Part shown: positions 50,398 to 60,700 of the stretch, one piece after another
How the letters are laid out: the number at the start of each line of letters is the position of its first letter
Position numbering within the stretch: the first letter of the stretch is position 1
Source: Candidatus Hydrogenedentales bacterium
Lineage (GTDB): Bacteria > Hydrogenedentota > Hydrogenedentia > Hydrogenedentales > SLHB01
Direction: 5' to 3'
Assembly (NCBI GenBank): GCA_041859045.1
Contig: JBHELB010000030.1
Location: 41,136 to 105,135, forward strand
DNA length: 64,000 nucleotides
The notes under the pieces: generated by a model
The model's database searches: none
What the model was told of the DNA's origin: nothing
Seen by the model: the letters and a program-made list of their open reading frames with translations, nothing else
Position numbers and translations under genes: made by a program

Positions 50398-51396
50398 ATG
50401 CTTTACCGACGATTGGGGCAAAACGGCCCCGAGGTTTCCGTGGTGGCGTTTGGCGCGTGGCAGATCGGCGATCCCACGTACTGGGGCGCGGACGCGGCGG
50501 CCGATGCGGAAGGCGCGTTGGCGGCGGCGTTGGATGCGGGCGTGAACCTGTTTGACACGGCCGAGATGTATGCGGCGGGCGAGGCGGAACGCGTGCTGGG
50601 ACAATTGCTGGGCGCGCGGCGCTCGAAAGTGCTCATTGCGAGCAAGGTCAAACCCGACAATTGCGTTCCGGGAGGGCTTCGCGCGGCGTGCGAGGGAAGT
50701 CTTCAGCGGTTGGGCACGGACGTGATCGATTTGTATCAAATTCATTGGCCGTTTCGACAGATGCCGTTTGAGGACGCCTATGCGGAACTCGCGGCATTGC
50801 GCGATGAAGGGAAGATTCGCTACATCGGTGTGTCTAATTTCGGCCCGACGGATCTTGACGCATGGTTTGCCAAGGGCGAATGCGTATCCGATCAAGTTGC
50901 GTATAGTCTTGTGTTTCGCGCGATTGAACACGAGATCGTTCCCGCTTGTACACGGCGCGGCGTGGGCGTCATGGCGTATATGCCGCTGCTGCAAGGGCTC
51001 GTGTCGTGCCGTTGGGCCAGTGCGGACGAGATGCCCGAGAATCGGCGTCGCACGCGACACTTCTCTTCGGAACGATCGGCCACGCGCCACGGCGAGGCCG
51101 GGTGCGAGGAGTTGACGTTCAAGACGTTGGCCGAGTTGAAGGCGCTGGCCGCGGAGATTGGGGTGGTTCCCGCGGCGCTGGCGTTGGCGTGGGTGATCGC
51201 CCAACCGGGCGTGAGCACGGCGCTCCTCGGCGCGCGCAACGCGGCGCAATTGGCCGCGAACCTGGAGGCGGTGGACCTGTTGCCGTTGTCGGCCGAGCTT
51301 GACGCACGGCTCGAGGCGCTGTCGCGTCCGCTCAAGGACCGCCTCGGCGCGAACGCCGATCTCTGGTTTAGCGCGGAGAACTCGCGCATTAAGTGA
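50398..51396 (+). CDS. Aldo/keto reductase family oxidoreductase
   Basis: MLYRRLGQNGPEVSVVAFGAWQIG...LFDTAEMYAAGEAERVLG...IDLYQIHWP... Confidence 0.85.
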   Translation: MLYRRLGQNGPEVSVVAFGAWQIGDPTYWGADAAADAEGALAAALDAGVNLFDTAEMYAAGEAERVLGQLLGARRSKVLIASKVKPDNCVPGGLRAACEGSLQRLGTDVIDLYQIHWPFRQMPFEDAYAELAALRDEGKIRYIGVSNFGPTDLDAWFAKGECVSDQVAYSLVFRAIEHEIVPACTRRGVGVMAYMPLLQGLVSCRWASADEMPENRRRTRHFSSERSATRHGEAGCEELTFKTLAELKALAAEIGVVPAALALAWVIAQPGVSTALLGARNAAQLAANLEAVDLLPLSAELDARLEALSRPLKDRLGANADLWFSAENSRIK

Positions 51397-51416
51397 CGGG
51401 GAAGGGAAGAGACGTG

Positions 51417-52877
51417 ATGGAATCGCGCCACGGCCACTTAGGGCGGACCTGCGCGCTTGGTGCGGTTCTGATCCTTGCCGTGGGGCTGCGGGTGACCGGC
51501 CTTGCCAATGAAAGCCCGTGGGGAGACGAAGCCGTCACGCTGACGCCGCTTGCAGCCCCTTCGTTTGCGGAGTTCTATGCCGAATCAGCCAATATTTCTC
51601 CCATGTATCCCGTGTATTACGTGTTCGAGTACCTCTGGGCGCGGTGTTTCGGCGCCGAGGCGCACACGATCCGCGGACTCTCCGTCTTGTTTGGAGTGCT
51701 CACCATCCCCGTGGTTTGGATGACGGGCCGTCGATTGTTTGGGGACCGCGCGGCGCTGGTGGCCGCTCTCTTTGTCGCCCTGAGCCCGATGCACATTCGG
51801 TTTAGTCAGGAAATCCGGTTTTACGCGTTGAGTTGGTTCCTCGTCGCGGTGTCAAGCTACTGTTTCGTTCGGCTGTGGCACACTCCACGGTCCCGGCGCT
51901 GGAGACTTTTCTATGCAGCAACGAGTTTCATGCTCCTATTTACCCACCCTCTGAACGCACTGGTGTTGCCCGCCCACGCGCTGGCGCTGTTGCTGGATTC
52001 CGAACGTCGCCGCTATGTGTCGGGATGGGTGCTATTCCACGCACCGCTCTTCCTCGCGTTTGGTGTGTGGAGCGTGTTCGCGCTTGAGGGATTCGATGAA
52101 AGCCGCGCATGGATCGCTTCGCGGCTGCTTCAGGAATGCGGTACGGCCCTAAGTTGGTACGCGGGCACCGGCGCGTTCGTTGCGCGAATCCATGTCCCCG
52201 GAATGGTTGAGACGGCAATGAAACTAGGGATAGTGGCGGGCGCTGCCGTCGCCGCCGGATGGACGTTCTGGAAAGGCGCGCGCGGCAATGCGGCGGCGCG
52301 ATTCGTGGCGCTGTGGGCAGTGCTTCCCCCGGTACTAATGTTGATCGTGTCTTGGATGGTAATACCGTGTTTTGTGGCGCGTTACGCGGGGTACGCCTCG
52401 CTGGGCGTCGCCTTAATGTTTGGCGCCCTATTTCATGATGCGCCTACGGGGCGGGGTAGAAAGGCGCTTGCGCTGCTTTTGGCCTGTCTGTTCGCCGGGC
52501 AGGCGCTTCTGCTGCATCTGTCGCGTCCGCTCCGAACGGACTGGCGCGCGGCCGCCGCCGCGATTCAAGTTGCGTCGCCGTCCCCTCGGGTCTTCGTGAA
52601 CAACGCGCCTGCTCAGTTTGCGTTTGCGTACGCACTGGGCAACTCACGTGTTATGCCCTTGTTGATGAAAGATGCCCCCTCGCTTACGAGATATCTGACC
52701 GAAGTAGATGCGCCGGCAGTGGTTTGTATCGATCCGGAGGCCAATGATCTCGGGCCTGACGTGTCCGCTGCGCTGGAGACGTTGGGGCGATCCTATCGAG
52801 TAGAGCAGTTTCCAGGACGCACCAAACCGCTTTCCCTGTACTTCGTGTCGCCGCCTGCGCATCACGCTGCACAGTAG
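51417..52877 (+). CDS. GT39/ArnT/PMT-like polytopic membrane glycosyltransferase (polyprenyl-phosphate-sugar dependent)
   Basis: About 11 TM; N-terminal periplasmic loop with GDEAVTL (DE motif region); family-level call only. Confidence 0.55.
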   Translation: MESRHGHLGRTCALGAVLILAVGLRVTGLANESPWGDEAVTLTPLAAPSFAEFYAESANISPMYPVYYVFEYLWARCFGAEAHTIRGLSVLFGVLTIPVVWMTGRRLFGDRAALVAALFVALSPMHIRFSQEIRFYALSWFLVAVSSYCFVRLWHTPRSRRWRLFYAATSFMLLFTHPLNALVLPAHALALLLDSERRRYVSGWVLFHAPLFLAFGVWSVFALEGFDESRAWIASRLLQECGTALSWYAGTGAFVARIHVPGMVETAMKLGIVAGAAVAAGWTFWKGARGNAAARFVALWAVLPPVLMLIVSWMVIPCFVARYAGYASLGVALMFGALFHDAPTGRGRKALALLLACLFAGQALLLHLSRPLRTDWRAAAAAIQVASPSPRVFVNNAPAQFAFAYALGNSRVMPLLMKDAPSLTRYLTEVDAPAVVCIDPEANDLGPDVSAALETLGRSYRVEQFPGRTKPLSLYFVSPPAHHAAQ

Positions 52878-52883
52878 CGGGGG

Positions 52884-53813
52884 CTAGCGCTTGCTGGGGA
52901 GTCCGTCGAGCAAGGTTTGTGCTTCCTGCAAACGTTCGGTGGAGACGTCATCGCGGGCCAGCAGTGCGAGCAAGTGTGCGCGAGCCTCATCCAAGCGGCG
53001 CGCGGCAATGAAAATACGCGCCAGGGCCAGTCGTCCGTAGTGAAAATTTGGATTGGCCTCGATGGTCTCTTCCATCGCGCGTATGGCCGGGCGCAATTGG
53101 CCTTCACGCAGCAGAATGTCCGCGAGATGCATCGCGATGCCTTCCTGCTCCGGACTTAGCGTATGGGCGCGCTCGAGGTGTGCGATCGCGCCCGCGAGAT
53201 TGCCTTCGCTCTCACATGCGACCGCCGCGTCGTGCAGCGCGTTCACGCGTTCCATGGTGGAAGCGTCCTTCTTGCAGTAAAACACCCCGTACTTGCCGCA
53301 GGGCAGTCGGAATAATTGCGTAAGCGGTGTGTACTCGGCGAAATCCTCGACGCTCCACTGACTGCGATGAAGTTCACCGGGGTTGCCGTGCGCTTCGGGG
53401 TGCTCCCAGCCTTCGCCGAGCGGAATGTTGACGAGAAGCGCACGATCGGCCTTGGCGTAAAGATGTGCAAGGACGTCAAGCCCATCGCGCTTCTCCAGAT
53501 GTTCGATCACGTCGCCCGCGATGATGAGGTCGTACTGAGGAAGCGTAGGCGCAAGTTCGCGAATGTCGCCGATCGCGATGTGGTTGTGCAGCGCGCGCTG
53601 GTGGGCCTGAATATACGGTTCCCAGAACTCGATGCCGTCGATGCGCACCTGCCACGTGTCCGGTCCGACGCGCTCGTTCATGACGTCGAGATATTCGCGG
53701 CAAAGAAAACCCCAGAGCCCGAAACCAAGGCCGACATCAAGCACGGAGCGCGGCTGCAACGTGATGATGTGCGACAGGCAGTGGCTAATGTGAACCGACG
53801 TGCTCACGGGCAT
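52884..53813 (-). CDS. Class I SAM-dependent methyltransferase fused to C-terminal TPR repeats
   Basis: Motif I VLDVGLGFGLWG; motif II/III DLIIAGDVIEHL; C-terminal TPR-like helices (AIAHLERAHTLSPEQEGIAMHLADILLREGQLRPAI...). Confidence 0.6.
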   Translation of the reverse strand: MPVSTSVHISHCLSHIITLQPRSVLDVGLGFGLWGFLCREYLDVMNERVGPDTWQVRIDGIEFWEPYIQAHQRALHNHIAIGDIRELAPTLPQYDLIIAGDVIEHLEKRDGLDVLAHLYAKADRALLVNIPLGEGWEHPEAHGNPGELHRSQWSVEDFAEYTPLTQLFRLPCGKYGVFYCKKDASTMERVNALHDAAVACESEGNLAGAIAHLERAHTLSPEQEGIAMHLADILLREGQLRPAIRAMEETIEANPNFHYGRLALARIFIAARRLDEARAHLLALLARDDVSTERLQEAQTLLDGLPSKR

Positions 53814-53852
53814 AGGAGGTCCTCCTCGGGATAGGGCTCCCGGCTCGGCGCG

Positions 53853-54629
53853 CTACTTGAAACTTCGCACCAGCGACTCGACCAGCAGATACCAGCCGTC
53901 GGCCAGCACGAACAAAATGATCTTGAACGGCAACGACACCAGTACAGGCGGAAGCATCATCATTCCCATGGACATGAGCGTACTTGCGACCACCATGTCG
54001 ATGATGAGAAACGGGATGTAGATGATGAAGCCGATCGTGAATGCCGTCTTGAGTTCGCTCAACACAAATGCGTTGATCAGCACATGCGTGGGGACGTCAT
54101 TCGGTGTGGCGGGGCGCGGCAACTTGCCGATGCGCAAGAACAGCGCCACGGCCTTGGCGTCCGATTGCTTGAACATAAACTGCCGGATGGGTTTGAGGCC
54201 CTGTTCGAGCGCCTGAGTCCGGTTCAGTTCCCCTCGAATGTAGGGTTGAAGCGCGTCCTGGTTTACGCGCTCGTAGGTTGGCGCCATGATGAAGAACGTG
54301 AGGAACAGCGCAAGGCCGATGAGCACCTGGTTGGGCGGCGTCTGCTGCGTGGCCATCGCCTGGCGCAGGAACCCGAACACGACGACGATGCGCGTGAACG
54401 AAGTCGTCATGACCAGAATCGCCGGGGCCAGCGACAACACCGTGAGCAACATCGCCAGCGTCATGAGCTGCGAGATGTTTTGCGGACTCGATGCGTTGTT
54501 GGCGAAGTTCAAGAGGTTCGAGCCGAGCGGATTGCCGTCGCCGCCCGCCGCCTGCGCCCACGCCACAGCGGGAAACAGCAGCGGCGCCGCGATCCCCGCG
54601 TGGATTGCGATTTTAGTCCTTGTGGTCAC
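53853..54629 (-). CDS. fliP: Flagellar type III export apparatus protein FliP
   Basis: ...LAPAILVMTTSFTRIVVVFGFLRQAMATQQTPPNQVLIGLALFLTFFIMAPT... (highly conserved FliP core) with signal peptide. Confidence 0.85.
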   Translation of the reverse strand: MTTRTKIAIHAGIAAPLLFPAVAWAQAAGGDGNPLGSNLLNFANNASSPQNISQLMTLAMLLTVLSLAPAILVMTTSFTRIVVVFGFLRQAMATQQTPPNQVLIGLALFLTFFIMAPTYERVNQDALQPYIRGELNRTQALEQGLKPIRQFMFKQSDAKAVALFLRIGKLPRPATPNDVPTHVLINAFVLSELKTAFTIGFIIYIPFLIIDMVVASTLMSMGMMMLPPVLVSLPFKIILFVLADGWYLLVESLVRSFK

Positions 54630-55416
54630 GGGGCAGCTCCCGCAGGTATTCCTGCAGGCGTTGGATATCCGTACGCAAAGAAGACAAGTCGTCTTCTTCC
54701 TCCACAGGCGTTGTCTCGGGCCGGAGCATGTTCTGCGCGCTCGTCTTCAGATAATCCGCGAACCGCGCGCGCGGCGCGGGTTTTTCCTGAGGCGGCATGG
54801 GGGAGAGTTGTGCCTCCGGCGACCTCGCGGGAGCCGTTGCCACAGGCGCGCCGCGGAGCAGTTGCGGATCGAACGCGGCCTCGTCGAATTCCGCGACGAG
54901 TTGAACCGACTGCGGAGTCGCGCCGATCACGAGCACCCGCCCGCCCATCACGACGAAATGCAGACAGATTCCCTTGTCCAGGTAAAGACGCCCGATCGGA
55001 CGCGCCAACTTTGGTGCGGTAAATAAGCCGCTTCGGCTGCCCCAACGCGTCAATGCAACGCGCACGGCGAGAATGAGCGCGATGACGACGAATAGCCCCG
55101 CCAGCGCCTTGAGGCTGATTTCGAACAGGGACTGGTCGCGGGGGGGCGTGTTCCGGATGTCGGATGCGCCCGCTGCGGCAGGCTCAGCGTCATACGCACG
55201 GTAAACATCTTCCATCTTTCGCTGTTCGTCGTCGGACATCGTGGCAAGCGGGGGGGAGGGTTCCGCCTCGGGGGACGGAAGTTGCGCAATGGGTTGCGCC
55301 GCGCTCACGGGGTCGAGGTCCGGCGGCGGAGTGGTGTGCGCAGCGTCGTTCTCCTGCGCCCACGCCCCCACGCACAGCAACAAGGCCAGCAGCCATCCCG
55401 CGCTACGCGTCCTCAA
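54613..55416 (-). CDS. fliO: FliO/FliZ-like flagellar biosynthesis protein with extended Pro-rich N-terminus
   Basis: Single TM LAGLFVVIALILAVRV followed by ...GRLYLDKGICLHFVVMGGRVLVIGATPQSV (FliO-type segment); position between fliN and fliP. Confidence 0.5.
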   Translation of the reverse strand: MRTRSAGWLLALLLCVGAWAQENDAAHTTPPPDLDPVSAAQPIAQLPSPEAEPSPPLATMSDDEQRKMEDVYRAYDAEPAAAGASDIRNTPPRDQSLFEISLKALAGLFVVIALILAVRVALTRWGSRSGLFTAPKLARPIGRLYLDKGICLHFVVMGGRVLVIGATPQSVQLVAEFDEAAFDPQLLRGAPVATAPARSPEAQLSPMPPQEKPAPRARFADYLKTSAQNMLRPETTPVEEEDDLSSLRTDIQRLQEYLRELPRDHKD

Positions 55417-55747
55417 TGCTGTCCTCCTCGACTTTTTCGCCCGCTCCGATGATCTCTCCGATGCGGATGTGCAAAGAATCGCCGATCACGACGACTTCGC
55501 CCCGAGCCAACGCAAGGCCATTGACGTAGATATCCGTCATTTCACCAGCCAGCTTGTCCAACTGGACAACCGCGCCCGGTTTGAGATCGAGAATCTCGCG
55601 CACAAGCATGCTTGCCTTGCCCAGCGACGCTGTTAGAGAGAGGCGAACCGCGGCCAGGTCCTCGATGGCGAGGTTATCCGGCGCCACCCCAAGGGCGGGG
55701 TTGACCTCGGCGAATTCGAGTTCATGAGGCTCAGGAGTGTTCGTCAT
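55403..55747 (-). CDS. fliN: Flagellar motor switch protein FliN (SpoA domain only)
   Basis: ...ASLGKASMLVREILDLKPGAVVQLDKLAGEMTDIYVNGLALARGEVVVIGDSLHIRIGEII. Confidence 0.8.
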   Translation of the reverse strand: MTNTPEPHELEFAEVNPALGVAPDNLAIEDLAAVRLSLTASLGKASMLVREILDLKPGAVVQLDKLAGEMTDIYVNGLALARGEVVVIGDSLHIRIGEIIGAGEKVEEDSIEDA

Positions 55748-55765
55748 CCACGTTCACCGCCGCCG

Positions 55766-56356
55766 CTAATCATGCACGGCCCAGTTGCTATGTACAACCC
55801 GGAGAATCTTGAGCGGCTCTTTAGCCTTCTTTTTTTCCTTCTCCGTCACGAGCTGTTCAAGCAGCGCGTTGCTTTGTTGCAGCGCTTCCTTCTGAATGCT
55901 CTGCTTCACGAGGGGATCGTCCAACTCCGCGCGCGTGTGATACCCGTGAAGCGTGGCCAGGATATTCTCGAACAAGGGCTTGTTTTTCGTGATCAATTCG
56001 GCCACTTCGGCGCTGCTGCAAAGAAACGCCACTTTATACATCAGCTTTGAAGAGGGAATGTTCGGGTCGGGCATGATAACGTTGGCAAAACTCTCGTCAA
56101 ACGACACCATCGCCGCACCCTCGGGGATTTTGTCCCCCGGGGCTGCTTCGTCGGCGTGCTCCGTCGCCGCAGATTCTTCACCGTGCGCGCCGCCCATTTT
56201 GGGCACAAGCACAAACCACGTCAGCGCCGCCCCCGCCACCAGCGAGACGACCACCGCGCCGAGCAACACGACAAGCGTGCGGGACTTGGCGGCCTTCTCG
56301 GGCGAAGCCGTTTCCTCGGACTGCTTTTCCTTGCTCTTTCCCTTTTCGTCTGCCAT
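55766..56356 (-). CDS. fliL: Flagellar basal-body-associated protein FliL
   Basis: N-terminal Lys/Glu-rich tail, single TM (TLVVLLGAVVVSLVAGAALTWFVLV) and FliL-like C-terminal domain. Start trimmed to ATG 56356 with GGAGGAG SD. Confidence 0.6.
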   Translation of the reverse strand: MADEKGKSKEKQSEETASPEKAAKSRTLVVLLGAVVVSLVAGAALTWFVLVPKMGGAHGEESAATEHADEAAPGDKIPEGAAMVSFDESFANVIMPDPNIPSSKLMYKVAFLCSSAEVAELITKNKPLFENILATLHGYHTRAELDDPLVKQSIQKEALQQSNALLEQLVTEKEKKKAKEPLKILRVVHSNWAVHD

Positions 56357-56416
56357 GCCGCGCTCCTCCACCCCTGGATCCTTGGGCGCCCCCAATTACG
56401 GCGCACGTCTGTATGC

Positions 56417-56445
56417 ATTATCGTTGAACGTCGTGCGATGTTCAA
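56417..56445 (-). promoter_or_regulatory. Sigma70-type promoter of the fliL-fliN-fliO-fliP operon, overlapped by an inverted repeat
   Basis: Minus strand TTGAAC-17 nt-GATAAT. Plus strand shows CGTTGAACG...GTTCAACG inverted repeat across the -35 and spacer. Confidence 0.35.
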
Positions 56446-56534
56446 CGGGATTCGCACTTCTTCGAATTCCTGCTATACTAGCGTCTCCCCGGTTTGCGGG
56501 AGCTAATGAATTGCCGAGACGGGAGACGTAGGCC

Positions 56535-56756
56535 ATGCCGCTATTTAGTTTTGCGTGTGAGCAGTGTTCGAATATCAGTGAGATTCTCGTGCGCGGGAAC
56601 GAAACCCCTGCGTGTCCCTCGTGTGGCTCGACGAAGCTCGTGAAGCAGGCCAGTGCCTTTGCGCCAAAGATGGGGTCTTCCGCGTCTTCCCCGGCGCCCT
56701 CGGGCTGCGGCGCATGCGCGATGGGCGGCGGCGGCTGTCCGTATCAGGGCGGGTAA
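56535..56756 (+). CDS. FmdB-family zinc-ribbon protein
   Basis: MPLFSFACEQCSNISEILVRGNETPACPSCGSTKLVKQ (CxxC...CxxC) then a Gly/Cys-rich tail. Confidence 0.6.
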   Translation: MPLFSFACEQCSNISEILVRGNETPACPSCGSTKLVKQASAFAPKMGSSASSPAPSGCGACAMGGGGCPYQGG

Positions 56757-56761
56757 ACCGC

Positions 56762-57100
56762 TCAGGGCCGAATCCGGACGGGTTCGCCGCAATCCAAGCA
56801 ATGCGCGCTGCCTTTGGAGTAGTTCGCGGGAATGATCATCTCCATGCCGCATGCCGGACACGATTCGATGCGTTCGAGCGGACGCGCCTTTGCAGGCACG
56901 GCCAACAGGTAGCAGTACACCGGCAGCGGGAAGAACAGCGATAGCACCAACGTGGTGCTCGCCGCACGCTTCTTTTGTGTGGCGACGAGTACATTCACGA
57001 CGAGCAGACTGAAATGGCCCGCAACCAGCACCAGAATCGCCAGCACCGTGAGTACGGTTGGCAGCACGGTGGGTGCACTCACACTTTCCTCCATCCCCAT
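56762..57100 (-). CDS. Hypothetical two-TM protein with C-terminal zinc ribbon
   Basis: Hydrophobic helices then CPACG...CLDCG. Confidence 0.35.
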   Translation of the reverse strand: MGMEESVSAPTVLPTVLTVLAILVLVAGHFSLLVVNVLVATQKKRAASTTLVLSLFFPLPVYCYLLAVPAKARPLERIESCPACGMEMIIPANYSKGSAHCLDCGEPVRIRP

Positions 57101-57170
57101 ACGGCAAGCCCTCCTTTGTGCTCATTGTCGGGGGCGAAGAGGGCTCTGTCAAGCGCGCGAGGCGCGGCGA

Positions 57171-57623
57171 TCAGTAGAGCACGTGGAGCAGTCCGGAAAG
57201 GAGGACGGTGGCGGTGGCGAGCAGCACAACGATGCCCGTCCAGAAACGTCCTGCCCGGCGCAGACGTTCGCCCACGCCGCGGCGAGACGTTACGAGAATC
57301 GCCATCGTGAACGTTGCCAACGCAAACGCGATCTTGACCCCCATGAGGGCATGATACGCAGGTTCGGAAGGGTGGGCGGGGCGCATTACGCAGAGGTAGT
57401 TGAAGAGTCCGCTGAGCAGCAACAGGCCAATGGCGGTGTGAATGGTTATACGCCAACGGTGAAGCACGGCGGCGCGGAGCCGGGCGTGTTCTTCGCTGCC
57501 CAGGGCCGCTTGTGCGGCGGGACTGAGCACCGCCCACAGAAAGAAGCCGCCTCCCAGCGCCACCGTGGCCGCGAACACGTGGGTCCATCGCATCAGCAGC
57601 GCCGCATACCAAAAGGGTTCCAC
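57171..57623 (-). CDS. Hypothetical four-TM membrane protein (CopD-like topology)
   Basis: 150 aa, four predicted helices; no motif-level assignment. Confidence 0.4.
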   Translation of the reverse strand: MEPFWYAALLMRWTHVFAATVALGGGFFLWAVLSPAAQAALGSEEHARLRAAVLHRWRITIHTAIGLLLLSGLFNYLCVMRPAHPSEPAYHALMGVKIAFALATFTMAILVTSRRGVGERLRRAGRFWTGIVVLLATATVLLSGLLHVLY

Positions 57624-57750
57624 GTCATGTTCTCCTTATCAGCCGGGATTCATCCCCGTGCAACAACCTTCGGCGCGGTCATGGTATTCCTGCGCGTTGA
57701 AATGGAGAGGGGACCCTTTCCAAACGAAAGGGTCCCCGTGGTCAGTGAGC

Positions 57751-60700
57751 CTAGTGGAGGCCGAGGATCGCGTTGATCGCGAATTGAACGTCGGCGACAT
57801 TCCCGCGACGATCCCCCGTAATGTCGATCGGTGCCGGTTGGCCTAACTGCAGGATCGCGTTAATGGCCATCTGGACGTCCCGCGCGTCCGCACGGCCGTC
57901 CCCGTTGATATCGGCGGCCTCGGCGGTCGGAATCGTGGCGGCGCGCGAATCGATCATCACTTGCCGCGTCTCGCCCGACGCGTAAGGATTCCCATCCGCG
58001 TCGTATGCGGTGACCGTCCATTCATACGTGGCGCCGTCAGCGAGGGCAAACTCCGAATCGCCTTTGAAGACGGTGTACGGGTTGCGCAAGCCATTGAGGC
58101 GAATCGGCTCGGGGCGTATGCCGCTCCACGTGGTCGGTGTGAGGTCCACGCTGTACTCAACGGCCGGGGTGTCCTCGCGTGGACGCCAGGAGAAGACCGC
58201 CGCCGGATTCACTACGCTGTTCGCTGCGGGCTGCACAAGGCCAACCGCGCCCGATCCTCCCGTTGCGAGGACGACTTCGGTGGTGTACGTGTATGGGAAC
58301 GCCGAACCGCTGGAGAACTGGATTTCCACGAAGTAGGCCACAGTCTGGCCCGGCGTGGGCGCGACGGTGGCGGTGTACGTGCCGGGGGCGGAGGCGGTCA
58401 ACGTGGTGGACTGCCAACTCGAGGCTACGCCGGGGCTGCGGAAGTCGCGGGTGGAGGCGGTGGATTGCCACTGCCGGACAACCGTGGGCGTGCCCCCCGA
58501 GACCGTGACGGTCAACGTGGTGCTGCCCGGCGAGGCCACCCAGGAGATTTGCGGCATCGAGGTCGAGTCGTTGGCCACGGCGCGATACCACGGAATCGCC
58601 GTTTGCAGGGCGTTCTCGGGGCCGGTCACGGCCGGATTCGAGCCCACTAGCGTCTGGTTCACGTTCGGCACGAACCGAAGGCTCATGATGTTCTTGCTGC
58701 GCTCTTCCTCCGTGAAGCGCGTCGAATCGACAAGCGCCGAGTAGTAGTGTTGCGTGGCGTCGGGCGCCGTGTAGTGGTCGCCCGTGGCCATGATGGCGTA
58801 CTTCGGAATGCTGAAGCGATCCAGCAGCCGGTACGGGTCGATGCTTGGCGTCAATGGACTGCCCTCGACTCCCGGTCCAAGGAGCGCCTGACCGCGTGCC
58901 AGGGAGAGTCGTCCGAAGACGTCGAAACCGATCGGCGAGAAATCGACCCACACCGGGTAGAGCGTCGAGCTGAATGAGGTGTACAGCGACTTATAGTAGT
59001 CGCCCTGAACATCGAAGTTCAGTTGATTGAACACCAGTGGCGCTACGCCCTTGACGCGCGGGTCGACCGCGGCCGTCAGCCACGCGGCCCAGCCGCGCTT
59101 GCCCGCGCCCGCAACGACAAATCCATCGAACGGCGTTAGCGCATTGTCGGAGGCCCATTCGGAGAGCGCATCCATCGCGCGAACGGCGGCCTTGGTCATT
59201 GGCAAGAGCACTGGCCATTGCTCGTCGGCCCCATTGAGATATTGCGCCATGGAGAACGCCAGCAGCTTGTCTTCGGAGTAGGTCGTGCCCGGGGCATCGG
59301 CGAACGTGATAGGTTGATTCGGCACAACCGTCAGAACCGCGACGCGCGTGCTCGCGCTGATTGCGAACTGGATCAGGTCGGCCGGCGGCGCCGGAGGGGT
59401 GCCCGTCAGATCGGCGGTCGTGCCGCCGGTCAAGTACAGCAGACAGTGCCGCCCGACGCCGATGTTGGCGTTGAGCGCCGTGGGGGTGATCACCGTCAGT
59501 CGATGTTTCCACACGTACGGCGAGTCCACATCCGCCGGGGTGCGGTAGGTGTGCCACGCGAGCGAGGTGAGTTCGAGCGCTTGCGCGGTCACGTTCTGAA
59601 GGCCCAGAGGAATCGTTCCCAGGGATTTCCATGACTTGGCAAGGTTTGCAGCCGGCGGATAGGTCTCCGCCGCGTTCACATACGCATCTAGCGCGGTGTT
59701 CTGGAAAACGCGAATATACTTGTTCTTCGTCAGCGTCGAGGTTTTCGGCTCGTTGTTCACGACCGTGAGCGACACGTCGTAACTGCCCGCCGCGCCGTAG
59801 GTATGCGAAGGATTCTTCTCGCCGCTGGTCTGGAAATCGCCAAAATCCCAGGCCCACGAAGTAATCGTGGCGCCGGGGCCCGGCAGCGATTGGTCGGTGA
59901 ACTGCACCTGCCTGGACATGTCGGGGAAGATGCGAGTCTTATCCGAAGTGAATAACGCCGTCAGGTCTGGCGGCAGCACCGTGATGGTCTTGGAGACCGA
60001 GGCAAGTTTCTCGCCGTCGAAGACCGTCAAGCTCACCGTATAGGTTCCCTCGGCCGTGTACGTGTGTTTCGGGTTTTGCTCCGTCGAGTCGTCGCCATCG
60101 CCGAAGTACCACAGCCACTGCCATTGGTTATCCACCGGGCGCGAGCCTGCCGTCGTCAGATCGGTGAAAGAAGTCTCCATCCCTATGCGCGTGGGGTTGG
60201 GCGTCCATGTGAAATCGACAGACGGCGGACGCGTCACGCGAATGTAGTTCGATTTACTCTCGAAAACCGAGTCTATCCCGTCCGTAACGGTCAGGGTTAC
60301 GGTAAACGTTCCGTCCACGAGGTACGTGTGCGCCGGGTTAAGGTTGCCCGCCGTGCTGGGATCGTTCGATTTCCAGACGGCCGTTTGCCCATCGCCGAAA
60401 TCCCATGTGCGCTGCGTTACCGGCAGCGCCTGTGCGGGCACCGTCGTTGCGTCCGTGAACTGCACCGTGCCGCCGACATCCAGCAATAGCGGCGTGGCGG
60501 AGAAATTGGGGATGGCCATATCCTTGACGCGGATGAAGTCCGCCTTTGTCGCGGTGTACGAGCCGGTGGCGTCCGCGACGGTCAGTTTGACCGTGTACAG
60601 ACCAGGACGAGCGTACGCGTGCGACGGATTTCTCTGTGCGCTTGCCCCGCCATCGCCGAAATCCCAGGTCCACGTTGTGATGGGGTGATTCCCCGGCGTC

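Noticed and set aside
50128-51249. 373-aa minus-strand ORF
   Set aside because: Antisense to the aldo/keto reductase gene.
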